A stretch of 64,000 nucleotides of DNA from Myxococcota bacterium (GTDB taxonomy: Bacteria; Myxococcota_A; Polyangia; Polyangiales; Sandaracinaceae). Location of the stretch: positions 1 through 64,000 of the forward strand of contig JAYZQJ010000014.1 of the NCBI GenBank assembly GCA_036149055.1, in the 5' to 3' direction. Shown in pieces: positions 20,920 through 32,454 of the stretch (within the stretch, counting starts at the first letter, position 1; each line of letters starts with the position of its first letter). The notes beneath the pieces are model-generated. The model had not been told where the DNA came from. It did not search any database and was given only the letters and a program-made list of their open reading frames with translations. Both the position numbers and the translations under genes were made by a program.

Positions 20920-21172
20920 GATCCGAGAGAATACACGCCCTCGGCTCGGATTGCGCGCCGATCGCGACGCGGTCGAGGCATGAAAGGAGCGTCGGGGAGG
21001 TGTCGTATCGTGCGATCGCGCCGACCGTCGATCGGTGGCGGGCCACGGGCTCCCGGACGATCGCGCTCGCCCTACGCTCCGCGTGCTGTGGTCAGCGGTT
21101 ACCCCGAGGGCGACGCGGGGAGGGAGCCCGAGCCGGCTTGGCCGGCCGGGCGGGAGCCCGCTACCGCAACGA

Positions 21173-21311
21173 CTGACCCGAGACGACGGCAGGCGACGAG
21201 CGCAGCGAGGACGCCGCACGCGCCATCCCCCCGGGTTCGAGCCCGCGGCAGGGGGCGGCCAGCGCGCGCCCCGCGCGAGCGCGAGCCGCAGGGCCCCCAG
21301 CGCCCCGTCGC
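21173..21311 (-). repeat. Dispersed REP-like repeat, copy 2, within a larger hairpin cluster extending to 21470
   Basis: Inverted near-copy of 80-217; adjacent hairpins CGGGGCCG/CGGCCCCG and ACCCGTGTC/GACACGGGT. Confidence 0.85.
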
Positions 21312-21470
21312 TGGGGTCGGGGCCGAGCGGAGCGACGGCCCCGGAGTGGGTTGGGGGGGCCCCGCGGAGCCGGCTGACCCGTGTCTACGGAGGGTGCGGC
21401 AGCACCCGGAGTGGACACGGGTCTGACGGCGCAGCGGGGGGGAGGGGTCGGACCCGACCCCGCCCAAAAA

Positions 21471-21956
21471 TCACAGCCCGAGCATCTCCTCGATCTCGGT
21501 CTGCACGCGCTGCTCCTTGCAGCGTCGGGCGACGGCGAGCTCGGTGACGAGGAGGCTCTTGGCCTTGTCGAGGAGGCCGCGCTCGCCGAAGGAGAGGTCC
21601 TTGTCGGTCTTGATGAGCGAGAGGTCGCGGAGGACCTTGGCGACCTCGTAGAGGGAGCCGCTGTTGAGCATCTCGGTGTACTCGCGGTAGCGCCGGTTCC
21701 AGGGCTGCGAGGTGACCGCGATCTTCTTCTCCTCGAGGACCTCGAGGACCTTCTTCGCTTCCTTGCGGCTGATGACCTTGCGGAGGCCCAGGCGGTCGGC
21801 GGCGTCGGTGGCGACCATCACCTTCATGCCGCTGTCGACGATCTTCAGGATGTAGAAGTCCTTCTTCTGACCGGCGATCTCGCGCGCCTCGATGGCCGTG
21901 ACCTCCCCGACGCCGTGATGGGGATGGACCGACTTGTCGCCGACCTTGAAGTTCAT
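21471..21956 (-). CDS. cdnL: CarD/CdnL family RNAP-binding transcription factor (short form without AT-hooks)
   Basis: FKVGDKSVHPHHGVG, GLR.VIS, WNRRYRE, LSFGER; 161 aa. Confidence 0.9.
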   Translation of the reverse strand: MNFKVGDKSVHPHHGVGEVTAIEAREIAGQKKDFYILKIVDSGMKVMVATDAADRLGLRKVISRKEAKKVLEVLEEKKIAVTSQPWNRRYREYTEMLNSGSLYEVAKVLRDLSLIKTDKDLSFGERGLLDKAKSLLVTELAVARRCKEQRVQTEIEEMLGL

Positions 21957-22007
21957 GGCTCCGTGGACCTCCAGCGCCCGTCGGCTGACAGACGACCGAG
22001 CCCCCGG

Positions 22008-22036
22008 ATCATAGCAACGACAGGGGACCCGGTCAA
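22008..22036 (-). promoter_or_regulatory. Primary-sigma promoter of cdnL
   Basis: TTGACC-N17-TATGAT on the minus strand. Confidence 0.75.
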
Positions 22037-22161
22037 CGCATCAGCAGGCTGAGTTTCCGTGTGATTTCAGTGACTTGAGCGAAATCCGGGCGACCGGACG
22101 ATTCCGCCGACGGCGAAAACGCGGCTGCGCCTCCCGGCGCAGGACAACCGGAGAGCCGCGC

Positions 22162-23214
22162 TCATTCCGCGCCGTCGTCGCCCGGAGGCGGGCGCGGCGT
22201 GATCGAGAGCAGCTCCCGCATCTCCGCCACGAACAGGGTCCGGAGGCCCGCGGCGAGGATCTCCGAGGCCACGGTGGCGCGGAGCGAGACCCGCGTGTCC
22301 TCGGTCTCGATGCGCAGGGTCGGCAGCGCGTCCCTCGCCCCGAGCGCCGCGCCGAGGTCGGACTCGGCGATGGAGGCGGCGAGCGCCTGGAAGTTCTCCT
22401 CGGCGCCCGGCGGGAACTCGCCGCGCAGCTCCATGCCGAGACGCAGCGCGCCGTCGTCCGGGCGCGCCTCCACCGCGAGCGCGGTCTGACGGGCGAGGAG
22501 CAGACCGACCCCGGTGTCGCGAGGCAAGCCGAGGGGCCGCGGCGCGAGGGCGACCAGCGGCGCCTCCGCGCGCTCCGCGCGGAGCGCCGTGACCTCGGTG
22601 CCCGCCAGCGCGTGCTCGCGGGTGTCTTCGGCGGAGGTGGCGGCGGCGAGGATCCCGGCGGCGCGCTGGGGCGGCCCGTCGATCCAGATCACCGTGTCCG
22701 CCGCCGGCGCCGCGAGGTCCACGCGGCCGCTGCCGAGGAAGCCCACGCGACGCACCAGCGGCTCGTCCACCGAGGCCTCGAGCGGCGCCATGCGCTCGCC
22801 CGCCTCGCGCACCGCGAAGGGCGCGTCCAGCGGCCCGCGGCCGATCACGACGTGCCCGTCGGGGCAGACCGCGATCACCAACTCCTCGAGCCGGCGAGGA
22901 TCCACCCCGGTCCGCATCGAGAAGGCGTCGAGCTGGGCCTCGTCGAAGACGGCGAGCAGCACGCGCCGGGTCGACGGGTCGGCCCAGAGCTCGGCCGGGC
23001 GGGCGAGGACCACCAGGGTCGCGTCGGCGGGGGCGAGGGTGGCCAGGTCCCCCACCGACGAGGGCTCGGGCGCCTCGGCGGCCTCCACCGGCGGCGGCGG
23101 CGCTCCGCCACACGCGCAGAGGCAGCCGGCCCCGAGGACGAGGCCCAGCCACCCCGCAGCCGACGTCGGGCCGGATGGCGCCTCCGAAGTGAGCAGTGGA
23201 GCGGTCCGGCGCAC
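22162..23214 (-). CDS. Hypothetical lipoprotein
   Basis: Hydrophobic stretch followed by LCAC-GG lipobox; exact start uncertain. Confidence 0.7.
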   Translation of the reverse strand: MRRTAPLLTSEAPSGPTSAAGWLGLVLGAGCLCACGGAPPPPVEAAEAPEPSSVGDLATLAPADATLVVLARPAELWADPSTRRVLLAVFDEAQLDAFSMRTGVDPRRLEELVIAVCPDGHVVIGRGPLDAPFAVREAGERMAPLEASVDEPLVRRVGFLGSGRVDLAAPAADTVIWIDGPPQRAAGILAAATSAEDTREHALAGTEVTALRAERAEAPLVALAPRPLGLPRDTGVGLLLARQTALAVEARPDDGALRLGMELRGEFPPGAEENFQALAASIAESDLGAALGARDALPTLRIETEDTRVSLRATVASEILAAGLRTLFVAEMRELLSITPRPPPGDDGAE

Positions 23215-23247
23215 CGGACCCGGGATAGCACGCCGCCCCGAGACGGG

Positions 23248-24381
23248 TCAGGCGCTCGCGCGGCTGCTGCGCTTCTTCGACTTGCCGTTGGCGCTCTTGG
23301 CGTCCGAGCCGTCGTCGCCCGCGTCGTCACCCGCGTCCGCCTCGGCCTCGGCCTCCGGCGGCTTGGCGTCCTCGGGGAGCAGGCCGTTCTTCACGCGGAT
23401 CTTGTGCTCGAGCCCGTCCATGATGGCCGGGTTCTCCTCGAGGAAGGTCCGGCTGTTCTCGCGGCCCTGGCCGAGGCGCTCGTTGTCCGCGCTGTACCAG
23501 GCGCCCGACTTCTCCACGACGCCGGCGTCGACGCCGAGGTCCAGGATCTCGCCGCTCTTGCTGACGCCCTGGCCGAAGAGGATGTCGAACTCGCACATGC
23601 GGAAGGGCGGCGCGAGCTTGTTCTTCACCACCTTCACGCGGGTGCGGTTGCCGATGGCGCCGTCGCCCTGCTTGATGGTGCCGATGCGGCGGATGTCGAG
23701 CCGGACCGAGGAGTAGAACTTGAGCGCGTTGCCGCCGGTCGTGGTCTCCGGCGAGCCGAACATCACACCGATCTTCATGCGGATCTGGTTGATGAAGAAG
23801 AGCGTCGCGTTGGACTTGTGGACGGTCGCCGTGAGCTTCCGGAGCGCCTGGCTCATGAGGCGCGCCTGGAGGCCGACGTGGCTGTCGCCCATCTCGCCTT
23901 CGATCTCGGCCTTGGGCACGAGGGCCGCCACCGAGTCGATGACGATGAGGTCGACCGCCCCGGAGCGCACGAGGGTGTCGGCGATCTCGAGGGCCTGCTC
24001 GCCGTGGTCCGGCTGGGCCACGAGGAGCTCCTCGGTGTTGACCCCGAGCTTGCGCGCGTAGCCGACGTCGAGCGCGTGCTCGGCGTCGATGAAGGCCGCG
24101 ACGCCGCCCGCCCGCTGCGCCTCGGCGATGGCGTGGAGGGTCATGGTCGTCTTGCCGCTCGACTCCGGGCCGTAGACCTCGATGATCCGGCCGCGCGGGT
24201 AGCCGCCCACGCCGAGCGCCAGGTCCAGCGACAGCGAGCCGCTCGAGATGACGGGCACCGCCGGCGCCTGCTCCTGGTCACCGAGGCGCATGATCGCGCC
24301 CTTGCCGTAGGTCTTCTCGATCGAGCCGATGGCCAGATGGAGGGCCTTGTCCTTGTTCGGGTCGCGCTCGGTTTTCGCCAT
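23248..24381 (-). CDS. recA: Recombinase RecA
   Basis: [47 protein letters not shown] before ATG 24381. Confidence 0.99.
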   Translation of the reverse strand: MAKTERDPNKDKALHLAIGSIEKTYGKGAIMRLGDQEQAPAVPVISSGSLSLDLALGVGGYPRGRIIEVYGPESSGKTTMTLHAIAEAQRAGGVAAFIDAEHALDVGYARKLGVNTEELLVAQPDHGEQALEIADTLVRSGAVDLIVIDSVAALVPKAEIEGEMGDSHVGLQARLMSQALRKLTATVHKSNATLFFINQIRMKIGVMFGSPETTTGGNALKFYSSVRLDIRRIGTIKQGDGAIGNRTRVKVVKNKLAPPFRMCEFDILFGQGVSKSGEILDLGVDAGVVEKSGAWYSADNERLGQGRENSRTFLEENPAIMDGLEHKIRVKNGLLPEDAKPPEAEAEADAGDDAGDDGSDAKSANGKSKKRSSRASA

Positions 24382-24435
24382 GGGTGCTCTCCTATCGTCC
24401 GCCGCGTGGCGCTTCAACGCCCGGGCCGCCGGAAC

Positions 24436-24451
24436 CTGTCGATCCGTTCAG
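24436..24451. promoter_or_regulatory. Putative LexA (SOS) box upstream of recA
   Basis: CTGTCGATCCGTTCAG = CTG-N10-CAG with the GTTCAG half-site of the M. xanthus LexA motif, 55 bp upstream of the recA ATG. Confidence 0.6.
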
Positions 24452-24574
24452 TATCAGAAAGTGTGGGGTGCGGCAACGCTGGAGGACGATTCCGCCGCGC
24501 TGCCCACGCCGACCGAGACGGAGCGCGCCCCGCGCGACTGACGGAACCGGTGAGAAAAAGATCGAGCCGAGGAT

Positions 24575-25039
24575 CTACTCGGCGATCTGCTTCCGATCGA
24601 GCCGCCGCTGCACGCCGGACGACTCGCCGCGGAGACGGGCCCGGAGCTCGGCGTTCTCGGCCCGCAGCTCGGCGATCTCCCCCTGCTGCGCGACCACGGC
24701 GGCCACGTCCTCGAGCACGATCCCCGAGCAGCCGGCGAGCCCGGCGAACGGGTACCGGATCCGCGCCGACACGCGCACCTGGCCGCCCCAGGGCAGGGGC
24801 TCGGTCCAGGTCAGCGCCTTCGCGATGCCGCTGCGGGCGGAGCGGAGCCACCGCGCGATCGCCTCCCGCTTGCGACCGCTCGCGCGCGCCAGGAGCGCCA
24901 CTCCGTCGTCGCCGCGGGCGTGGAGGAGGAACGCGGCGGTCGAGTTCACGTGGGTGCGTCCGTCCTCGTGGAGGAGGACGAGCCCGAGGCCGACGTCGTC
25001 GAAGGCCTCGCCGAGGGTGACGAGATCGGAGCTGCTCAC
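24575..25039 (-). CDS. Hypothetical protein (PAS-like N-terminus plus short coiled coil)
   Basis: AFDDVGLGLVLL..DGR..VN..A..LL and GIVLED are PAS-like; EIAELRAENAELRARL. Confidence 0.6.
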   Translation of the reverse strand: MSSSDLVTLGEAFDDVGLGLVLLHEDGRTHVNSTAAFLLHARGDDGVALLARASGRKREAIARWLRSARSGIAKALTWTEPLPWGGQVRVSARIRYPFAGLAGCSGIVLEDVAAVVAQQGEIAELRAENAELRARLRGESSGVQRRLDRKQIAE

Positions 25040-25095
25040 GGGGGATCAACATGACGGGCCCCCGAGGGGCCTTCATTGACCGAAGGCGCTCGATC

Positions 25096-26118
25096 TCATG
25101 CAGATCGCGACGCGACCCGCCGGAACCGCCCGGGCGTCAGCCCCGTCCAGCGCTTGAACGCGCGGTGGAAGGCCGAGACCTCGGAGTAGCCGAGGAGATA
25201 GGCGGCGCCCGAGATGCTGACGCCGCCCGTGCGGAGCAGCTGCTCGGCGACCTCGCGGCGGGTGTCGTCGAGCAGCTCCTGGAAGGAGGTGTCGCGCTCG
25301 GCGAGCCGGCGCTGGAGCGCGCGGGCGGAGATCCCGAGCCGGCCCGCGACCGCCTCGAGCGAGACGTCGCCGGAGGGGAGCGCGCGGCCGACCTCCCGGC
25401 GCACCTCGAGCTCGAGCCCCACGTCGAGGCCCGGGTCGCGCGCCCGGTCGGCCAGCTCGCGCTGCAGGAAGCGCTCGAGGGTGCTCGCGAGCTCGGGGTC
25501 GGCCTCGCTCATCGGGAGCGCGAGCTGCTCGGGCGCGAAGTCGATGGCGTCGCGCCGAGCGCCGAGCGTCACCTCCACCCCGAACGCGCGGTCGAGGAGC
25601 CGCCGATCCCGGCTCGAGGGCTGCCGGAGCGAGACCCCGCGCGGCGCGAGGGGCACGCCGGTGGCGCTGCGGGCCATCTCGAGCGTGCCGAGCATCGCGA
25701 AGTGGGTGATCACCCGGCGATGGGGATCGTCCTCGTGCGGCGAGTCGTAGACCAGGCGCACCCCGCCGTCCTCGTCGGGCTCGAGCGCGAACATCTCCCG
25801 CCCGTGGAGCAGCGCGCTGAACCGCGCGAGCACCGACAGTCCGTCGCGCAGGGACGGCGCGCTCCGGACCGCGAACTCGAGCCCCCGGAAGCGCCCTCGT
25901 TGCAGAGAGCGCGCCGCGAGGAGCCCGAAGTCCTCCCCCGCCGCCCGGATCGCGGCGTGCCAGAGCGCCTCCTCGCGGTCGGTGGGGATCAGGTCGTCGA
26001 GGTCGTCCGCCTCGAGGCCGGCCTCGGCGCAGATCGCGTCGGCGTCGAGCCCGAGCTCCTGCAGCGCGTCGCGGATCGCGTGCGCGATGGTCGCCGAGAC
26101 GCCCTCTTCGTCGTCCAC
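25096..26118 (-). CDS. AraC family transcriptional regulator
   Basis: SARALQRRL, FQELLDDTRR, LGYSEVSAFHRAFKRWTGLTP. Confidence 0.93.
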   Translation of the reverse strand: MDDEEGVSATIAHAIRDALQELGLDADAICAEAGLEADDLDDLIPTDREEALWHAAIRAAGEDFGLLAARSLQRGRFRGLEFAVRSAPSLRDGLSVLARFSALLHGREMFALEPDEDGGVRLVYDSPHEDDPHRRVITHFAMLGTLEMARSATGVPLAPRGVSLRQPSSRDRRLLDRAFGVEVTLGARRDAIDFAPEQLALPMSEADPELASTLERFLQRELADRARDPGLDVGLELEVRREVGRALPSGDVSLEAVAGRLGISARALQRRLAERDTSFQELLDDTRREVAEQLLRTGGVSISGAAYLLGYSEVSAFHRAFKRWTGLTPGRFRRVASRSA

Positions 26119-26161
26119 GACTCAGGGATATCACGGCCCGCGGCGACCGGCGCGTCCCCGT

Positions 26162-27400
26162 TCAGGACGCCTTGGCCGCGCGCACCAGCTCGCGCAGCGC
26201 GAGGTAGGCGGAGAGCCGGCGGATCCGCCAGCGGTCGCCGCCGAGGGCGTGCACCTGGGTCACCGTCTCTCGGCCGCGCCGGGCGACGCCGATGAACACC
26301 GTGCCCACCGGCTTGCTCTCGGTGCCGCCGCCGGGGCCGGCGATGCCGGTGATCGAGACCGCGAGATCGGAGTCGGCCAGCCGGCGCGCGCCGTCCGCCA
26401 TCGCCGCGGCGACCTCGCTGCTGACCGCGCCGTGACCCCGCAGGACCTCGCCGCTCACCCCGAGCACCTCGGTCTTGGCGGCGTTGGAGTAGGTCACGGC
26501 GCTCAGGAGCATGTACTCGGAGCTGCCGGGCACGTCGGTGATGAGCGAGCCCACGATGCCCCCGGTGCAGCTCTCGGCGAGCGCGATCGTGAGCCCGCGG
26601 TCGCGCAGCACGTGGCCGACGTACGCCGGGTAGCGCTCCTCGCCGCTGCCGAAGACCGCGTCGCCGAGCCGTCGCCGGACCTCCTCCTCGGCCTCCCGCG
26701 CGACCGCCTGGGCGGCGGACTCGCTCTCGGCGCGCGCGAGGAGCTTCACCTCGATCTCCGGGAAGCTCGCGCGATAGCCGAGCGTGAGCCCCTCGAAGCG
26801 CGCCTCGACACCCTCGAGCAGCTCGCCCACCTTCGACTCCGGCAACCCGAAGGTGCGGAGGTGGACCTGGTGGGTGTCCCGCTCGACCCCTCGCGAGACC
26901 GCGGGCTGCACGTGGTCGGCGAAGAGGCGCTTCATCTCGTGCGGCACCCCGGGCAGGAACCAGGCGCGGCAGCCGCCGATCGTGACCGCGAAGCCCGGCG
27001 CGGTGCCGACCGGGTTCTCGAGCGGGTCGGCGCCCTCCGGCAGATCGGCCTGCTTGGCGTTCGACGGGCTCATCTCGCGGCCGACGGCGGCGAAGCGGCG
27101 CTCGATCATGCGGAGCGAGGGCTCGTGCCGGACCCGCGCCACGCCGGCGACCCGCGCGACCGCCTCGGCGGTGAGGTCGTCGGTGGTCGGGCCGAGGCCG
27201 CCGGTCGCGACGATCCAGCGGTGCTCGGCGGCGAGCCGCTTCAGCGCCGCGCCGATGCGATCGAGATCGTCGGGCACCGAGACGTGCTCGCAGACCTCGC
27301 AGCCGAGCGCGGTGAGCTGCTCGGAGAGCCAGCTCGCGTTCGAGTTCGTGAGCTCGCCGCGCGTGAGCTCGGTGCCGATGGAGAGGACGGCGGCGGTCAT
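26162..27400 (-). CDS. cinA: Competence/damage-inducible protein CinA (MoCF domain plus PncC NMN deamidase)
   Basis: SIGTEL, GGLGPTTDDLT, LPGVP.EM, AESCTGG, ITGIAGPGGG. Confidence 0.95.
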   Translation of the reverse strand: MTAAVLSIGTELTRGELTNSNASWLSEQLTALGCEVCEHVSVPDDLDRIGAALKRLAAEHRWIVATGGLGPTTDDLTAEAVARVAGVARVRHEPSLRMIERRFAAVGREMSPSNAKQADLPEGADPLENPVGTAPGFAVTIGGCRAWFLPGVPHEMKRLFADHVQPAVSRGVERDTHQVHLRTFGLPESKVGELLEGVEARFEGLTLGYRASFPEIEVKLLARAESESAAQAVAREAEEEVRRRLGDAVFGSGEERYPAYVGHVLRDRGLTIALAESCTGGIVGSLITDVPGSSEYMLLSAVTYSNAAKTEVLGVSGEVLRGHGAVSSEVAAAMADGARRLADSDLAVSITGIAGPGGGTESKPVGTVFIGVARRGRETVTQVHALGGDRWRIRRLSAYLALRELVRAAKAS

Positions 27401-27426
27401 CGGGACCTCGGAGAAAAGGGTCGGTC

Positions 27427-27456
27427 AGGCTAGGGCCTCGCCGGCGACGCCGTCAA
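27427..27456 (-). promoter_or_regulatory. Putative primary-sigma promoter of cinA
   Basis: TTGACG-N18-TAGCCT on the minus strand. Confidence 0.5.
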
Positions 27457-27564
27457 GCGCGGATGGATCGTCCCCTACTCTCACCCGTCCCCCCATGATA
27501 GGACCGCTCGGGGTTTCGGGGGGCGCGCCGCGACCTACGTAGCCCCTCGCGTGAAAGGACCGGC

Positions 27565-28965
27565 ATGACGAAGATCCAGACGATGACCTCGTGCCTGGGC
27601 GCCCTCGCCCTCGCCACCGGGCTCGTGGCGCTCGCCGCGGCTCAGGACGGCGAAGAAGGCGCCGCCGAAGGGGAGCGCACGCCGCTCTCGAGCCTGCCCA
27701 TCCAGCGGGCCCAGCTCGACAACGGGCTGCGCGTGGTGATGAGCCCCGACCGCACCGTGCCGACGGTGGCGATCAGCGTCTACTACGACGTCGGCTCGCG
27801 GAACGAGGAGCGCGGCCGCTCCGGCTTCGCCCACCTCTTCGAGCACATGATGTTCCAGGGCTCCGAGAACGTGGCCAAGGGCGAGCACTTCTCGCTCATC
27901 ATGAACCGCGGCGGCTCGCTCAACGGCACCACCAGCCACGACCGCACCAACTACTTCGAGACCCTCCCCAGCAACGAGCTGGCGCTCGGGCTCTGGCTCG
28001 AGGCGGACCGCATGCGCTCGCTCGCGGTGACCGAAGAGAACTTCGAGAACCAGCGGCAGGTCGTCATGGAGGAGTGGCGGCAGAGCTACCGCAACCAGCC
28101 CTACTCGATGAGCTTCCTGCGCATCAACGAGCTGGCCTACGGCGACTACTGGCCGTACGCGCACTCGACCATCGGCGACATCGCCGACCTCGAGAACGCG
28201 CCGCTGTCGGCCGTGCAGCAGTTCTTCGACACCTACTACAAGCCCAACAACGCGGTCCTCAGCATCGCCGGCGACTTCGACCCGGAGGAGGCGATGACCC
28301 TGGTCCGCCGCTACTTCGGCGAGATCCCCTCGGGCGAGCTGCCCGAGTACGCGCCCGGCGAGCTGGCGCCGCAGACGTCCGAGCGCGTCGACACCATCCT
28401 CGACCCGCTGGCGCCCCGCCCGGCGTTCCACCTCGCGTGGCACATCCCGCCGACCCGCGAGGCCGATCACTACGCGCTCGAGATGATGGGCCTGATCCTC
28501 GGCGACGGCGAGTCCTCGCGGCTCTACCAGGAGCTCGTGAAGGAGCGAGAGCTCGCGCAGGAGGTGTTCATCGGCACCGACGACCGCCGCGGCCCCGACC
28601 TGTTCAGCGCCTGGGTGATCCTCAGCGAGGGGCACACCGGCGAGGAGGCCCGCGAGGTCATCTACGGCCAGCTCGACAGCGTGGCGCGCCGCGGCGTGAC
28701 CGAGCGCGAGCTGGAGAAGGCCCGCAACCGGATCCGCGCGACGTTCGTGTTCGGGCTGCAGTCGAACCTGCAGAAGAGCCAGCGCCTCGCCGAGTACGAG
28801 CTCTACCACGGCAACGCGGAGCACATCCGCGAGGAGATGGGGCGCTACATGGCGGTGACCCGCGAGGACATCCAGCGCGTCGCCGGGCAGTACTTCGCGG
28901 AGACCAACCGCACGGTGCTCGACGTCGTGCCCCAGCCCCCGCAGCAGGAAGGAGGCGAGCAGTGA
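27565..28965 (+). CDS. M16B family zinc peptidase, catalytic subunit (secreted)
   Basis: Signal peptide; LDNGL, GFAHLFEHMMF (HxxEH), NGTT..DRTNY. Confidence 0.93.
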   Translation: MTKIQTMTSCLGALALATGLVALAAAQDGEEGAAEGERTPLSSLPIQRAQLDNGLRVVMSPDRTVPTVAISVYYDVGSRNEERGRSGFAHLFEHMMFQGSENVAKGEHFSLIMNRGGSLNGTTSHDRTNYFETLPSNELALGLWLEADRMRSLAVTEENFENQRQVVMEEWRQSYRNQPYSMSFLRINELAYGDYWPYAHSTIGDIADLENAPLSAVQQFFDTYYKPNNAVLSIAGDFDPEEAMTLVRRYFGEIPSGELPEYAPGELAPQTSERVDTILDPLAPRPAFHLAWHIPPTREADHYALEMMGLILGDGESSRLYQELVKERELAQEVFIGTDDRRGPDLFSAWVILSEGHTGEEAREVIYGQLDSVARRGVTERELEKARNRIRATFVFGLQSNLQKSQRLAEYELYHGNAEHIREEMGRYMAVTREDIQRVAGQYFAETNRTVLDVVPQPPQQEGGEQ

Positions 28966-30470
28966 AGCGCGCCCTGATCGGCCTGACGGCCCTGAGCATG
29001 CTCGCGTGCGGCCCCTCGGCCACGCCCGACCCGGGTGACGAGACGACGGGCGACGAGACCACGGTGGAGGTCGTGCGCACCGAGCCGGCGCGCCAGCCCC
29101 CGCCCGAGAGCGGCCCGCCGCGCGACGTGGAGTTCCCCGACGTCGCCCGGGCGGACGCCGCCGGCCTCGATGTCAACACGGTGCGCTTCGGACACCTCCC
29201 GCTCGTCTACCTCCGGCTCGTGATCCAGAGCGGCAGCGCGCAGGATCCGGACGAGCTGCCCGGGCTGGCGAACCTCGTCGCCCAGATGCTCAAGGAGGGC
29301 ACGCGGCGCCGCTCGAGCGCCGAGCTCGCGGAGGCCGTCGAGTTCCTCGGCGCCAACCTCTACGTGGGCGCCGACGAGGAGAACGTCTACGTGATGGTGC
29401 GGGCGCTCTCCGAGCACCTCGACGAGGCCATGGACCTGCTCGCGGAGGTCGCGCGCAACCCGCGGTTCAGCGACACCGAGCTGCGCCGACTGAAGCAGCG
29501 CGAGCGCGATCGCCTCGCCCTCTCGTCGCAGCAGCCGCGCTACCTGGCGCGCCGCGAGCTCTACCGCGAGCTCTACGGCAACCACCCCTACGCGCACGTG
29601 GACACCACCGAGGCGGCGCTCGAGCGCATCTCTCGTCGTGACCTCCAGAGCTGGCACCGGACGCACTTCGTGCCGAACAACGCCTTCCTCGTGGCGGTGG
29701 GCGACGTGGAGCCGGCGGCCGTGCAGTCGGCGGCGGAGCGGGCCTTCCGCGGGTGGCGGCGTCGCGACGTCCCGGAGACGACCTACCCGGCGCCCCCCGA
29801 GCGCGCCCGGCGCGAGGTGCTCGTGGTCGACCGCCCGCAGTCGGTGCAGTCGGTCATCTACGTCGGCAACCTCGCCCTCGAGCGCCGGAACCCGGACTTC
29901 GTCCGGCTCCAGGTCGCCAACCAGGTGCTCGGCGGCTCGGCCGCGTCGCGCCTCTTCATGGACCTGCGCGAGCAGCGCAGCCTCACCTACGGCGCCTACA
30001 GCCAGGTCGGCGAGCGGGCCCAGGTCGCCCCCTTCGTGGCCTTCGCCGCGGTGCGCAACGAGGTGACCCAGGAGGCGATGGCCGGGTTCGTGGAGCACCT
30101 CGACCGGATCGTCGCCGAGCAGCCGCCGCAGGACGAGGTCGGGGACGCGCAGAGCTACCTCAGCGACTCCTTCCCGCTCCAGATCGAGACCGCGGGCCGC
30201 GTGGCCTCGATGGTGGAGGAGCTGCGCATCTACGACCTGCCGGACGACTACTGGGACGGCTACCGGAGCGCGATCCGCGAGGTGACCGCCGAGCAGGCGC
30301 ACGCGGCGGCCGAGCAGTACATCCACCCCGACCGGGCGATCATCGTCGCCGTCGGCAAGGCGGCCGACATCGTCGAGCCCCTCCGCCGCTACGGACCGGT
30401 GCGGGTGATCGACACCGAGGGCAACGAGGTCGAGACCTTCCCGGCGGCAGAGCTCCCGGCGGCAGAGTAG
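28962..30470 (+). CDS. M16B family peptidase, non-catalytic subunit (lipoprotein)
   Basis: MLAC lipobox; no HxxEH; SRLFMDLREQRSLTY R/Y motif; GTGA overlap. Confidence 0.9.
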   Translation: MKRALIGLTALSMLACGPSATPDPGDETTGDETTVEVVRTEPARQPPPESGPPRDVEFPDVARADAAGLDVNTVRFGHLPLVYLRLVIQSGSAQDPDELPGLANLVAQMLKEGTRRRSSAELAEAVEFLGANLYVGADEENVYVMVRALSEHLDEAMDLLAEVARNPRFSDTELRRLKQRERDRLALSSQQPRYLARRELYRELYGNHPYAHVDTTEAALERISRRDLQSWHRTHFVPNNAFLVAVGDVEPAAVQSAAERAFRGWRRRDVPETTYPAPPERARREVLVVDRPQSVQSVIYVGNLALERRNPDFVRLQVANQVLGGSAASRLFMDLREQRSLTYGAYSQVGERAQVAPFVAFAAVRNEVTQEAMAGFVEHLDRIVAEQPPQDEVGDAQSYLSDSFPLQIETAGRVASMVEELRIYDLPDDYWDGYRSAIREVTAEQAHAAAEQYIHPDRAIIVAVGKAADIVEPLRRYGPVRVIDTEGNEVETFPAAELPAAE

Positions 30471-30488
30471 GCGGCGACCGGGAATGCG

Positions 30489-30530
30489 CGGCCCGGGTCC
30501 CTCCGTCGGAGGGGTCCGGGCCGTTCTTTC
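30489..30530 (+). terminator. Intrinsic terminator after the M16 pair
   Basis: CGGCCCGG..CCCTCC-GTC-GGAGGG..CCGGGCCG followed by TTCTTTC. Confidence 0.65.
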
Positions 30531-30607
30531 GTGAAGGGTCGGGCGCCCGGGGGCCACAGATCGTATGGTGCAGCCGCCCCGACCGGGGCTAGGAGCAGCA
30601 GAGAACC

Positions 30608-32440
<1,833 letters not shown>

Positions 32441-32454
32441 GCTCGACGGCCGCC

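Noticed and set aside
27565..30470. M16 active/inactive gene pair as a novel system
   Set aside because: Heterodimeric M16B pairs are well described in bacteria
30471..30607. glmS ribozyme in the glmS leader
   Set aside because: The leader is short and mostly taken up by the upstream terminator; no ribozyme core recognised
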